Shown here: one piece after another, positions 40,505 to 50,619 of the stretch | How the letters are laid out: each line of letters opens with the position of its first letter | How positions within the stretch are numbered: the first letter of the stretch is position 1 | Source: Candidatus Poribacteria bacterium | GTDB lineage: Bacteria; Poribacteria; WGA-4E; WGA-3G | Assembly (NCBI GenBank): GCA_965232545.1 | Contig: OZ246979.1 | Span: 4,002,481 to 4,066,480, forward strand | Reading direction: 5' to 3' | Length of the DNA: 64,000 nucleotides | Position numbers and translations under genes: made by a program | The notes under the pieces: generated by a model | The model's input: the letters and a program-made list of their open reading frames with translations, nothing else | What the model was told of the DNA's origin: nothing | Database searches by the model: none

Positions 40505-40837
40505 ATGCCAAGTATCAAATCCAACAAGGATAGGATTTTAGAAAAAATTGATGAAGAAATAAAAGGGATATCCCGTAAGTTAGATGGAAATCATGTTAGG
40601 AACTCTTATGATGCTATCAGTCTTGCTGGGAGGAATCAAAGCATTGTGGTGAGTGTCAAACGATTCCATGATACCAACCGGTCAGGATGGCATATCCTTT
40701 TAGGACTGATTTCAGCGGGAATATATCTCCTCATTGTCTGCGGCTTTTTCAAAGGCACAGATGGCGAGAATAAGTATGGTGACCCCTCATCTCTCATCGA
40801 AAAGGATTCATTTGACGACTCACAAGAAGGGGTATAG
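40505..40837 (+). CDS. DUF805-like membrane protein or fragment
   Basis: VSVKRFHDTNRSGW...GTDGENKYGDP. Confidence 0.65.
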   Translation: MPSIKSNKDRILEKIDEEIKGISRKLDGNHVRNSYDAISLAGRNQSIVVSVKRFHDTNRSGWHILLGLISAGIYLLIVCGFFKGTDGENKYGDPSSLIEKDSFDDSQEGV

Positions 40838-40840
40838 CAG

Positions 40841-41191
40841 ATGAAGAGATCACGGAGATGCGTTCGCGTTATAGGCGTATTTGGCATTATTCTCTCGACG
40901 CTGCTCGGCGGCTGCGGCGGGGACGATGGGTTCTATATTATTCCACATCCTGTGGGCTTGGTTTCAGCCAGTCCAGAACCAGGTTCAGTCATTGACGTGA
41001 ATGCGACGATCCTTCTGACCTTCGATGGTGCCCCTATGGATGTCAGTGTCAATCAGGGCACGGCTGTGCTTTCGGGTCGTAAAACGTGGGTTGTTAGCGG
41101 TCCCTTCTTTCCGGGTCGTCTCAACCGAGTCTATCTCAAGGTTACTTGGAATACGGGGACTGCGCTCCTTATTTATAGCTTTAGAGCATGA
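40841..41191 (+). CDS. Small Ig-like lipoprotein
   Basis: LGGC lipobox; similar to the N-domain of 42347. Confidence 0.75.
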   Translation: MKRSRRCVRVIGVFGIILSTLLGGCGGDDGFYIIPHPVGLVSASPEPGSVIDVNATILLTFDGAPMDVSVNQGTAVLSGRKTWVVSGPFFPGRLNRVYLKVTWNTGTALLIYSFRA

Positions 41192-41263
41192 GGGGTATCG
41201 CAAGCAAGCAACGTCTTTTCGGCGTAAACGGCACAGCAAAGCGCAGCAGACAAGGAGAAACTT

Positions 41264-41767
41264 ATGTTCAGAATCGCAGTATGCGTCGTCAGCATACTCT
41301 TGTATACGAGCGTCGTGCCGATTGTCGCTGAAACACCAGAGCTGGTGGCGGCACGGAGCGCAGGTGAAAACGACGCGAAAGGTTTTCAGTGGAAATGGTT
41401 CGCTGCGAGCTATATGACGACGAATACCTCAGTGATAGCACTTTGGTTGGTTTTTTCGCTCAACGAGACTTTTTTCTTTAACACACTTGAGACGATCCCG
41501 GCGTGTTGCGGGACACTCTACGGCGTATACATACTGACACCGACAGCGGCTGCGCTGATCGACTCACCCACACCGCCAGCGGATCGGCTCTTAGGAAAAT
41601 CGCCGCAATGGGTAAGTGCTTATACCAAAGCCTATCAGAAAATCAAGAGACGACACAGAGCCCAATCCAGTGGGGCGGGGTGTTTGTTGGGAGGGATGGC
41701 CTTGTACGGTACGCTTGCTATCCTGGGGCCTGCTCTTTCGTATGGCACACCCGGAGATGTTTATTAA
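41264..41767 (+). CDS. Hypothetical membrane/secreted protein, paralog of 49639
   Basis: AGGAG RBS; LLGKS...AY motif shared. Confidence 0.8.
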   Translation: MFRIAVCVVSILLYTSVVPIVAETPELVAARSAGENDAKGFQWKWFAASYMTTNTSVIALWLVFSLNETFFFNTLETIPACCGTLYGVYILTPTAAALIDSPTPPADRLLGKSPQWVSAYTKAYQKIKRRHRAQSSGAGCLLGGMALYGTLAILGPALSYGTPGDVY

Positions 41768-41832
41768 TTAGGAGTCGCTGCCTTGTTGGGTACGGTTTAT
41801 GCCTTGGCTCCGGGGATTTTCGGGAGCTTTCA

Positions 41833-42342
41833 ATGAAAAAAGGGTTTCTATTTATTTTGTTACACCTATTCTTCGAGACGCGTCGGATCGCTGCGCCGAT
41901 TTTCTGCATTTTCGTCCTCATCGGGGCGTGCTGTCTCGGCTGTGATCCTGACGTTGAGACGATAACGAAAAAGGCAAGGCTCATTGACTTCACAGTGCAT
42001 ATCACAGAAGAGCGACCTGCACTCGTCATCTTTGAATACACCGGGACCGTCGGTGGCTGTGACTGGGCTCACGACCCAGAACTCGAATGGTTAGGTGGCA
42101 ATCGTTTTCATATTCACGCGTTATATGAGTCCGTAGGCCCAGGTGGTGGTGACTGTCCAGATATTGTCCATGATTACGACCAATACGTGCTCCTCGGTCC
42201 CCGAGATCCAGGGCATTATAGGGTTTCAATAAACGAGTACGTCTGGCATTTCGAGGTTCCACCGGAACCCGGATGTCATACAATCACATGGGGAACTGAG
42301 AGCCAGCCGCTTTACTCATTAAGTATCAGTGAGGAGGACTAA
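41833..42342 (+). CDS. Hypothetical lipoprotein
   Basis: GGAG RBS, CLGC lipobox. Confidence 0.7.
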   Translation: MKKGFLFILLHLFFETRRIAAPIFCIFVLIGACCLGCDPDVETITKKARLIDFTVHITEERPALVIFEYTGTVGGCDWAHDPELEWLGGNRFHIHALYESVGPGGGDCPDIVHDYDQYVLLGPRDPGHYRVSINEYVWHFEVPPEPGCHTITWGTESQPLYSLSISEED

Positions 42343-42346
42343 AGAG

Positions 42347-42991
42347 ATGCGGTTTTTTGTTCTTTCCGTATTATTTTTCTTCTGTGTTCTGAGTCTCTGC
42401 ATCTCAGGGTGTGGGGGCGATGATGAAGATACATATATCGAGACACCCGTTTTGTTCCACTCGGCACGTCCACCCGGCGGTGAAATTGCCGCGAATGGGT
42501 CGATCTTCGTAACGTTCGATGGCATGCCTTTCGATGTTGCCGTCAGTGAGGGCACGGTCACTGTCGACGGTAAAACAGCGACGATCACGGGTCCTTTCAC
42601 CCCGGGTCCTCTTGTCTTGACGATCACTTGGGTAGATGGCACCGAGGAACTCAACTATATTGTCACTGCACCCGACTGATGCGCATCGAGTGTCACGGGT
42701 GGCACTGTCTCAGATGGTGACAAGGATATCGATCCTGAAACTCTCAACAGCGACGGGAAGATCGAAATTGAGTTCAGTGAGGACATGACCGGGTACATTG
42801 CGCTTGAAACTGAAGATGGTGAGGATGTCGGCTGGATTGGAAAAGTTGTGGGCAATAAAGCCATACTTGAACTCGTCAAAGGCAGAGAGCTAAAAAACGA
42901 AACCACCTACGTGATTGTAGGGAAAGTTGCGACTGCTGCTGGCAACTCTACAGATGTCAGTATCACCTTTGTCACCAGAGGTAAAGAGTAA
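42347..42991 (+). CDS. Two-domain Ig-like lipoprotein with in-frame UGA (42677-42679): Sec read-through or nonsense pseudogene
   Basis: ORFs 42329..42679 and 42785..42991 are in the same frame with only this TGA between them; APD-TGA-CAS. Confidence 0.65.
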
Positions 42992-43168
42992 GAGCAATGA
43001 TGGGAGTCCGTCATTCCACTTTCACCCCTGATAAAAAAGAGGGGTGGGTCCAACCTTTCACACCGCCACAAACAAGAAGGACAACAGCAATGAAAGGCAC
43101 CCGACGGCGTGACACCACCGAACTCCGTTAACACTTGCGTGAAAACTTTTTACAAAGGAGGATTTCTT

Positions 43169-45421
43169 GTGAGACATCGAATCATCTTCACTGTATCCTG
43201 TCTGATATTTTCTATCGTCGCCTTAAACGCCTCGGCGCAAACCGTTAACATTCCCGATGCGAACCTGCGGGCTGCGATCGCAGACGCACTCGGTAAAGCC
43301 CCGAATGCCCGGATTACCGTCTCGGAGATGGCAGCATTGCGGGAACTTCACGCGCTGAGCATGGACATTAAGAATTTGGCAGGTCTTCAAGCCGCAGTGA
43401 ATCTGGAGAACTTAGTGCTTAACAACAATACAATCTCTGACATATCGCCGCTTGAAGGGTTGAAAAAACTGCGTCACATCGAGTTAGAAGAGAATGTCAT
43501 CAGCGATCTCTCACCCCTTCAAGGATTGATAAACCTTGAGCAGTTACGTCTGGCACATAATGTCATCAGCGATCTCTCACCCCTTGCGGGATTACTCAAC
43601 TTGAGAGGCATCGCGCTCCATCATAACGCCATCTCCGATTTATCGCCCCTCGCAGGATTGGTGAAACTCGAATGGATCGGGATGAGCGATAATCCGCTGG
43701 CCGACCTATCACCGCTTTCAGGATTAACGAACTTGCATAATTTTCACGGGTGGGGCACGCCTGTCGTCAACCTTGCCGGCATCGCGAAATTGCCGAAACT
43801 CAGAGAATTAAACGTTTGTGGTGGCGGGATCTCCGACCTGTCCCCCTTAGCTGATGCGAAGGGTTTAAAAGCACTTTACATCGTCAATAACGGGGTTTCC
43901 GACCTGTCGCCCTTGGCGGGGTTAACAGGTTTGACAGACTTGGGGTTGGAACACAACTCGGTGTTGGATCTCTCCCCGCTTCAGGGACTCCACAACTTGA
44001 CCTGGGTCAACCTCCGGGACAACCAAATATCGGATGTGTCGTCCCTCGCAGGATTGGACACATTGACATGGATTGATCTCAGCCAAAACACGATAACAGA
44101 TATATCTGCGCTTGCGACCTTACCGAATCTGACATGGATGGGACTCTCCGGGAACACGCTCACCGACCCCGCTCAGATGGAGCGATTTCCCGCGAAAACA
44201 TCTATTTCACACTCGGATTTCGTGAACGCCGCCTTCCCAGAAGCCGGTCCGAAGATCGTGGGACCCTGGTTATGGGCAATCGTCCCCGGTGCAAGCGTTT
44301 CAAATACAGACCTCCTCGAAAAAGCCAGCAAAGGGGCGGCGACAGAGGTAAAGGTCGCGACCTTTGGTGCCACCGAAGGAAAACCGGTCGGGCGTCGGAA
44401 GTGGGTGGCACACACGCTTGCCCCCGTGGGCGGCGATAACATTAACCAAATGACAGATGCCCTCGGCTGGGGAAGCGGTTGGGAGGTATACGACCACGTG
44501 GTTTACGGTTCCGCGACAGTGAATTCTCCACGCAAACAAGAGACGACGATGCTCGTCGGCAGCGATGATGGCGTCAAGGTCTGGCTCAACGGGGAAGTCG
44601 TCCACTACAATCCCACCACTCGGGGTGCCGGTGATTACCAAGATGCGTTCCCTGTCACGTTGAAGCAAGGCACAAATGTCCTATTAGTTGCCGTTGATAA
44701 TCGCGGACATGGTGGATTCAGCGGTTTCTTCGGGTTCGCGAAAGACACCGACTATACGGTGAACCCGATTGGCAAGAAATTTACCGTCCAAATCCCGGCA
44801 TGGGATGTCAACAGAGATGGAAGGACAGACATCTTAGACCTCATCATCGTCGGACAGGACTTCGGAAACGCCAGGTCCACCAATGCACGAACGGACGTAA
44901 ACCGAGACGGAAAGCGCAATATCGCGGACCTCGTCCTCGTCGCACGATACCTCGGTGACCTCAGCGGCGTTTCAGCGGCACCTTCTGTCCTTGCGATAGA
45001 CCGTTTCGGGGTAGATCCAGCGATGATACGCCGATGGATCGCGCAGGCAGAGATTGAAAATGACGGTTCACTGGCATTTCAACAAGGCATCGCCACTCTC
45101 CAACGCCTTTTAGCGTTGATGACACCGCATGAGACACAATTGCTCGCCAACTACCCAAATCCATTCAACCCAGAGACGTGGATCCCGTATCAGCTGTCCA
45201 AAACCGCTGAAGTCACAGTGCGTATCTATACGGTCAATGCGACGTTAGTTCGGACGTTGCATCTCGGACATCAACCTGTGGGTCTGTACCAAGATAAAAG
45301 TCGTGCCGCATATTGGGACGGGAAAAACGCCTTCGGTGAATCCGTTGCCAGTGGGGTCTATTTCTATACGTTGACTGCCGACGCGTTCACAGCGACCCGC
45401 AAACTGTTGATAAGAAAATAG
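43169..45421 (+). CDS. LRR + dockerin-like + FlgD/T9SS-like secreted protein
   Basis: GGAGG RBS with GTG start; LRRs; GSDDGVKVWLNG; DVNRDG pairs; CTD. Confidence 0.92.
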   Translation: MRHRIIFTVSCLIFSIVALNASAQTVNIPDANLRAAIADALGKAPNARITVSEMAALRELHALSMDIKNLAGLQAAVNLENLVLNNNTISDISPLEGLKKLRHIELEENVISDLSPLQGLINLEQLRLAHNVISDLSPLAGLLNLRGIALHHNAISDLSPLAGLVKLEWIGMSDNPLADLSPLSGLTNLHNFHGWGTPVVNLAGIAKLPKLRELNVCGGGISDLSPLADAKGLKALYIVNNGVSDLSPLAGLTGLTDLGLEHNSVLDLSPLQGLHNLTWVNLRDNQISDVSSLAGLDTLTWIDLSQNTITDISALATLPNLTWMGLSGNTLTDPAQMERFPAKTSISHSDFVNAAFPEAGPKIVGPWLWAIVPGASVSNTDLLEKASKGAATEVKVATFGATEGKPVGRRKWVAHTLAPVGGDNINQMTDALGWGSGWEVYDHVVYGSATVNSPRKQETTMLVGSDDGVKVWLNGEVVHYNPTTRGAGDYQDAFPVTLKQGTNVLLVAVDNRGHGGFSGFFGFAKDTDYTVNPIGKKFTVQIPAWDVNRDGRTDILDLIIVGQDFGNARSTNARTDVNRDGKRNIADLVLVARYLGDLSGVSAAPSVLAIDRFGVDPAMIRRWIAQAEIENDGSLAFQQGIATLQRLLALMTPHETQLLANYPNPFNPETWIPYQLSKTAEVTVRIYTVNATLVRTLHLGHQPVGLYQDKSRAAYWDGKNAFGESVASGVYFYTLTADAFTATRKLLIRK

Positions 45422-45435
45422 GAAGGACATTCTTT

Positions 45436-48400
45436 ATGAAAATCCACAAATATTTCTCATTCATCTTCTTAACGTTCATTGTGCTTGGGAGTCATCGGGT
45501 GTCCGCGCAACAAAACGTTGCGCAACAGGCGTCTGCGATTTTTCAAAACAGGTGTCTCGGCTGCCACGGCGAGCATGGCCCTTTCAGAGAATCCCTGACG
45601 ATCGACACCGCAGCGGGACTGGTTCAGTCAGGTGCGGTTGTCCCCGGCGCGCCCATCGTCTCTGAACTCTATACACGACTCCTTGAAGAAGATACCGCAA
45701 AACGGATGCCCCTGAATCAACCGAAGCTGTCTGCTGAGGCAATTCTGACGATCGGGAACTGGATTCTCGCAGGCGCACCGAGTTGGGATGTCCAGCACGA
45801 TGTCTCCTTCATCACGCCCGATGCCATGCTCACTGCGATTCAGAGGCATCTTCAAACACTGGATACATTTGACAAACCCTCCGCCCGTTATTTCACGACG
45901 ACGCATCTCTATAACGCCGGTGAGGGCCCCGAGACGCTACGTGCCGCGGAAGTCGCACTCTCGAAGTTAGTCAACAGCCTCTCGTGGGGGTTCACGATTA
46001 TCAAGCCGGAACCGATTGACCCGCAAGGGACGATCTTCTATATTGATCTCCGCGATTATGAATGGGATCTCCGAGCGGCATGGACACAGATTGAGGATGC
46101 CTATCCGTATCGGATTGACTTCGATGCGACGACCCACGCGAGTCTGGCGCGAAAACTCGTGGCACTTCAGCAAGCGACGCTATCGGAAGTGCCGTTTGTC
46201 CAAGCGGATTGGTTTCTGGCGACGGCATCGCTGCCGCCGTTGTATCACGACATCCTCGCCTTGCCGGAGACGGAGCGAGCGTTGGAGCGCGAACTTGGGA
46301 TAGATGTGACTCGGAATCTCCAGCGTGCACCGGGTATCAGCGTCTGGCGTGCGGGGACCAACGATTCGGGGGTCTCGAATCACAATCGCGTGGTGGAACG
46401 ACACACGTTTCGGTATGGCGCGTATTGGAAGAGCCACGATTTTGCGGGGAGTGCGGGGGCACAGAATATCTTCACGCACCCGTTATCTTTCGAGCGCGAT
46501 GGGGGTGAGGTGATCTTCAACTTACCCAACGGGTTACAGGCGTATTATATTGCGGATGGTCAAGGGAATCGGATAGACGTTGCACCAACGCAGATCGTGT
46601 CGAATCCAGCGGCGAAGGAGCCTGCCGTGCGCAACGGTCTGTCGTGTATCGGGTGCCACACGGAGGGCATGAAGACGTTTGAAGACGGTGTACGTGCGAC
46701 GATTCAAAAGACGGCGCGTCCGGCTTATGATCGGGATCATGCGTTGCGTTTGTATGTAGAACAATCGGTGATGGATGCGCTTGTTCAGGCAGATACGGCG
46801 CGTTACGAGGTGGCTCTTGCCAAGACAGGCGGTGTTTCCGGCGGTATTGAACCGGTGCATCTCTTTCATGAGGCGTTTCAAGGTCCATTGAATGCGGCGC
46901 AGGCGGCGGCGGCAATCGGTATGGAGGCTTCTACCTTCCTTTCAAAGATACGTCAAGAGCCGAGTTTACAGAACTTAGGTTTGACGGGGCTGTTGAGCGG
47001 TGGGAATGTGAAACGTGATGTCTGGGCGTCTAACTTCTCGGATCTCGTTGCGTGTGTGTATGGTGATGACTGCGTGGAACCGGTCATCGTAACGCCGACA
47101 CCAACGCCGACACCAACGCCTGTTTTTGGGCATCCGATTCCGGATGTGAACCTGCGGACTGTGATTGCAGAAAGACTCGGCAAAGCCCCTGCTTTGATTA
47201 CGACGGAGGACATCGCAAGGTTACCAGAACTTATCGCGGACGACAGAGGTATCGGGGATCTGCGAGGTCTTGAGCATGCGACGCGACTCGAACGGATAGA
47301 ATTGCGTCGTAATGCGATCTCCGATCTCACACCCCTCGCAGGATTGACGCGCCTGAACAATATCAAGTTGCGCGGCAACCAAATCACGGATGTTTCACCC
47401 CTGGCGAAGTTAACCAATCTCGACTGGCTCGGACTTGAGGAGAACCAAATTACCGATGTTTCGCCGCTGAAGGGGTTAGTAAAATTGAACGGACTCGGGA
47501 TTGAAGGCAATCCTGTCTCCACCGTGGTATCCCTCACAGGGTTACAGAGTTTGGAAGGCATCAACGCGCTGCGCACTGACATCTCCGACTTTTCTCCTTT
47601 AGCGAAACTCCCGAGACTGCACTGGCTGGAGTTTGGAGATAATGCGTTGATCGCCGAACTTCCATCTTTGAACGGGTTTAAAACACTCAGACGCTTGGTT
47701 ATCAGGGATACCCGTATCTCAGATGTCTCCGGGTTGGAAGGCTTAGTGAGTTTGACGGAGCTGAATCTTGAACGGAATGTCATCTCAGATGTCGCACCGC
47801 TGGCAACGTTAAAAGGGTTGAAAAGATTGCAACTCAACGGCAATGTCATCTCGGATGTCTCGCCACTTGCGGGGTTAACCCGCTTGGAATCCCTGAACCT
47901 TGAGGACAACGCGATCTCTGACTTCTCGCCGCTAAAAGCGTTATCGGATAAAATACCGATCCGATCCGAAAACAACCCTGGAACTTTATGGCACGGCGGA
48001 CCGAAAATAACAGGACCCTGGTTATGGTTTTTTATCCCTGACGCACGGTGGGAAAACTTTCACAACACAGATATGCTGGCACGAAACAGTCGAGGGAAGA
48101 CAACAGAACTCGAGATCGCGACGCACGGGGCAACCGAAGACCTGCCGATCGGGGAGCGTCTTTGGACGTCCCACAAAGTTTCCGATGGAGATAATAACCT
48201 CAATACCTTGGCGAGAGTCTTCGGTATCCCGATAGGGGATCGTCAAAACGTCGTTTATGGGTCGGTCACCTTAACGTCACCGCGGCAACAGGATACACGG
48301 ATGTTTGCCGGCAGCGATAATGATCACAAGATTTGGCTCAATGGGAAATTAGTGAACGAGAAGTATGGCGATTGGGCCCATGATTACCAGCAATCCTTTC

Positions 48401-49578
48401 CTGCCACGCTGAAAAAAGGCAAAAACGTTCTTTTAGTTGCTGTTTTCACGTGGGGCGGGGGATGGGCAGGCCATTTTGGGTTCGCTCCCGATGCCGAGTA
48501 TACAGTGGTCTCTGCCGGTTCTCGATTCGCCGTGTCCACAAATGCGACACACATCGAGAAAGGGGATACCTTCACCCTCCGTCTCAACGCCGCGAATATC
48601 ACCGATTTAGCAGGATGGCAAACCGATATTGCCTTTGACCCCGCACTCCTAAAAGCAAACGTCGTCACCGAAGGCACTTTTCTCAAACACGGCGGCGGAC
48701 GCACTTTCTTCCAGAAAGGCACAATTAACAATAAGCACGGCAAAATCAGTGGTATCCAGGCGGCGAGAACCTCCATAGGGGGTGCCAAAGGCGAAGGCAC
48801 GCTCCTATCGGTGAGATTCACAGCCCTCGCCAACGGGAAAGGAAATATCGTGCTACGGAACTTTCGAGCCGGTTCGAGCACCGGGCAAACACTCCCCTCT
48901 CCGTCTCCCGATATGCCGATTGTTGTCGCGCCGCGGGTTCCCACTTTCCCGGCGTGGGATGTCAACGCCGATGGCATCACGAATGCAACGGATGTGGGGT
49001 TAGTGACAGGCGCATTGGGACAAAAAAACCCGAAAAACCCGCGTCTCGATGTCAATCGCGACGGTGTTGTCGATGGAAAAGACCTTGCGCTCGTTGCCGA
49101 ACACCTCGGCGAAAGAGCGGCACCTGCTGCACCTGTAGGCGCGAGTTTCGGATCGCAACCGCAAGGGTTCACACCCGAAACGGTTGAACGCGCCCTGGAC
49201 GTTTTGCGTGCATCAGACGATGGATCGTTTGCCTTCCAACGCGGGATCGCAAACCTTGAGCAACTTTTGGCACTGTTCGTTCCAGAGGACACCGTTTTAC
49301 TTCACAACTACCCGAACCCGTTCAACCCAGAAACGTGGATACCTTACCAACTCTCGGAACCTGCCGACGTCACGATACGAATCTATGCCGCAAGTGGTGT
49401 GCGGGTTCGGACGTTATCACTCGGGTATCAACCGGCGGGTCTCTATCAGTACCGGAGCCGTGCGGCGTATTGGGACGGTCGAAACGCTCTCGGTGAACCT
49501 GTGGCGAGCGGTGTCTATTTCTATACGTTGTCTACCGGAGATTTCACTGCGACCCGTAAGATGTTGATACGGAAATAA
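45436..49578 (+). CDS. Cytochrome c + LRR + cohesin-like + dockerin-like + FlgD/T9SS-like secreted protein
   Basis: CLGCH, CIGCH, TP linker, LRRs, DLAGWQ..I.FDP, DVN.DG, CTD. Confidence 0.92.
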   Translation: MKIHKYFSFIFLTFIVLGSHRVSAQQNVAQQASAIFQNRCLGCHGEHGPFRESLTIDTAAGLVQSGAVVPGAPIVSELYTRLLEEDTAKRMPLNQPKLSAEAILTIGNWILAGAPSWDVQHDVSFITPDAMLTAIQRHLQTLDTFDKPSARYFTTTHLYNAGEGPETLRAAEVALSKLVNSLSWGFTIIKPEPIDPQGTIFYIDLRDYEWDLRAAWTQIEDAYPYRIDFDATTHASLARKLVALQQATLSEVPFVQADWFLATASLPPLYHDILALPETERALERELGIDVTRNLQRAPGISVWRAGTNDSGVSNHNRVVERHTFRYGAYWKSHDFAGSAGAQNIFTHPLSFERDGGEVIFNLPNGLQAYYIADGQGNRIDVAPTQIVSNPAAKEPAVRNGLSCIGCHTEGMKTFEDGVRATIQKTARPAYDRDHALRLYVEQSVMDALVQADTARYEVALAKTGGVSGGIEPVHLFHEAFQGPLNAAQAAAAIGMEASTFLSKIRQEPSLQNLGLTGLLSGGNVKRDVWASNFSDLVACVYGDDCVEPVIVTPTPTPTPTPVFGHPIPDVNLRTVIAERLGKAPALITTEDIARLPELIADDRGIGDLRGLEHATRLERIELRRNAISDLTPLAGLTRLNNIKLRGNQITDVSPLAKLTNLDWLGLEENQITDVSPLKGLVKLNGLGIEGNPVSTVVSLTGLQSLEGINALRTDISDFSPLAKLPRLHWLEFGDNALIAELPSLNGFKTLRRLVIRDTRISDVSGLEGLVSLTELNLERNVISDVAPLATLKGLKRLQLNGNVISDVSPLAGLTRLESLNLEDNAISDFSPLKALSDKIPIRSENNPGTLWHGGPKITGPWLWFFIPDARWENFHNTDMLARNSRGKTTELEIATHGATEDLPIGERLWTSHKVSDGDNNLNTLARVFGIPIGDRQNVVYGSVTLTSPRQQDTRMFAGSDNDHKIWLNGKLVNEKYGDWAHDYQQSFPATLKKGKNVLLVAVFTWGGGWAGHFGFAPDAEYTVVSAGSRFAVSTNATHIEKGDTFTLRLNAANITDLAGWQTDIAFDPALLKANVVTEGTFLKHGGGRTFFQKGTINNKHGKISGIQAARTSIGGAKGEGTLLSVRFTALANGKGNIVLRNFRAGSSTGQTLPSPSPDMPIVVAPRVPTFPAWDVNADGITNATDVGLVTGALGQKNPKNPRLDVNRDGVVDGKDLALVAEHLGERAAPAAPVGASFGSQPQGFTPETVERALDVLRASDDGSFAFQRGIANLEQLLALFVPEDTVLLHNYPNPFNPETWIPYQLSEPADVTIRIYAASGVRVRTLSLGYQPAGLYQYRSRAAYWDGRNALGEPVASGVYFYTLSTGDFTATRKMLIRK

Positions 49579-49638
49579 TTAAGAAAACTCCAAGGGCAGT
49601 CCCGCAGTGCCCGCTCGTGAATCTAAAAGGAGGTTTTT

Positions 49639-50091
49639 GTGAAATTTGACTTAACACCTTTCAGAATTTTAGCGTTTCTTATGACAGTCTTGATGTCCAG
49701 TATGCCTTTTATTACCTTTGCCCAACAAAATTTGGTCCAAGTTGAAGCGACTGTTGCTGCTGAACAAGATGCTCAATCTGATGTGAATGGAGCTCTTTGG
49801 TTTTTGGGGGGTTGTCTTGGAGGCGGTTGCTACGTTGTTCCTGGCTTGCTATTTACTATTTATGCTTCTCATCATAAACCTTCTCTACCTGCACAAAGGG
49901 GTCCGAATCTTATGGGTAAATCCGCGGAATATGTTGCCTTTTACACAGCCGCCTACAGTGCAAAAGCAAAAAGAATTCAAACTAACAAAGCCCGGACAGG
50001 TTGTATCACTGGTACCGGTGTTCTGGTCGGCCTAGCTGTCGTCGGTTCTATGATCCCTTCCGGATCTTCCGGACCTGGGTTTTTTTGGTAG
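49639..50091 (+). CDS. Hypothetical membrane/secreted protein
   Basis: AGGAGG RBS; paralog of 41264. Confidence 0.8.
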   Translation: MKFDLTPFRILAFLMTVLMSSMPFITFAQQNLVQVEATVAAEQDAQSDVNGALWFLGGCLGGGCYVVPGLLFTIYASHHKPSLPAQRGPNLMGKSAEYVAFYTAAYSAKAKRIQTNKARTGCITGTGVLVGLAVVGSMIPSGSSGPGFFW

Positions 50092-50619
50092 AACACCCAA
50101 GTGGGCCTCATGCTGTGTATAAGCCCAGCGTGCCACTATCTTGTTGAAAGCGGATATGAACGGGCTGGAGTAGCCGGATACGAAAGTCTCTGAGGTGTTT
50201 GGGTGCCACCCACAGTCGGTATTGAATGCCTCTGCTGAGCATTGCTTTTACGCTTGAGTTTTGGAGGCTTTTGTTTTAGCAAGTTTAAGTATTAAACGCC
50301 AGTTTGAAAATAAATCTGTAGGTGTTTTTGCTTGGGTGTTTCCCTGAGGTAGAGCGGTAAATATACCGAAAAAATCGCAGAATATGGAGAGATATACCGT
50401 GATTGGTCTTTTCCTCCTTATGAGTAGCACATCTGATAGCACACCGGATACGCCTTTTGATTTGCCCGTGGTGCCCATCATTGTGCCTGTCATTCACGTG
50501 GATACTTACTGATTTCGTTGAAAGACCAAAAGTGGCTCTGCCGAGCAGAGACTGTTTTTTAGAGGCAGAAAAGAACCCCATTGCTTTCGCTGTGGGATTA
50601 CACCAAAAGGAGAACTGAA

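Noticed and set aside
46953-49292. Long antisense ORFs (also 9976..10884, 25079..25744)
   Set aside because: Shadows of repetitive plus-strand genes
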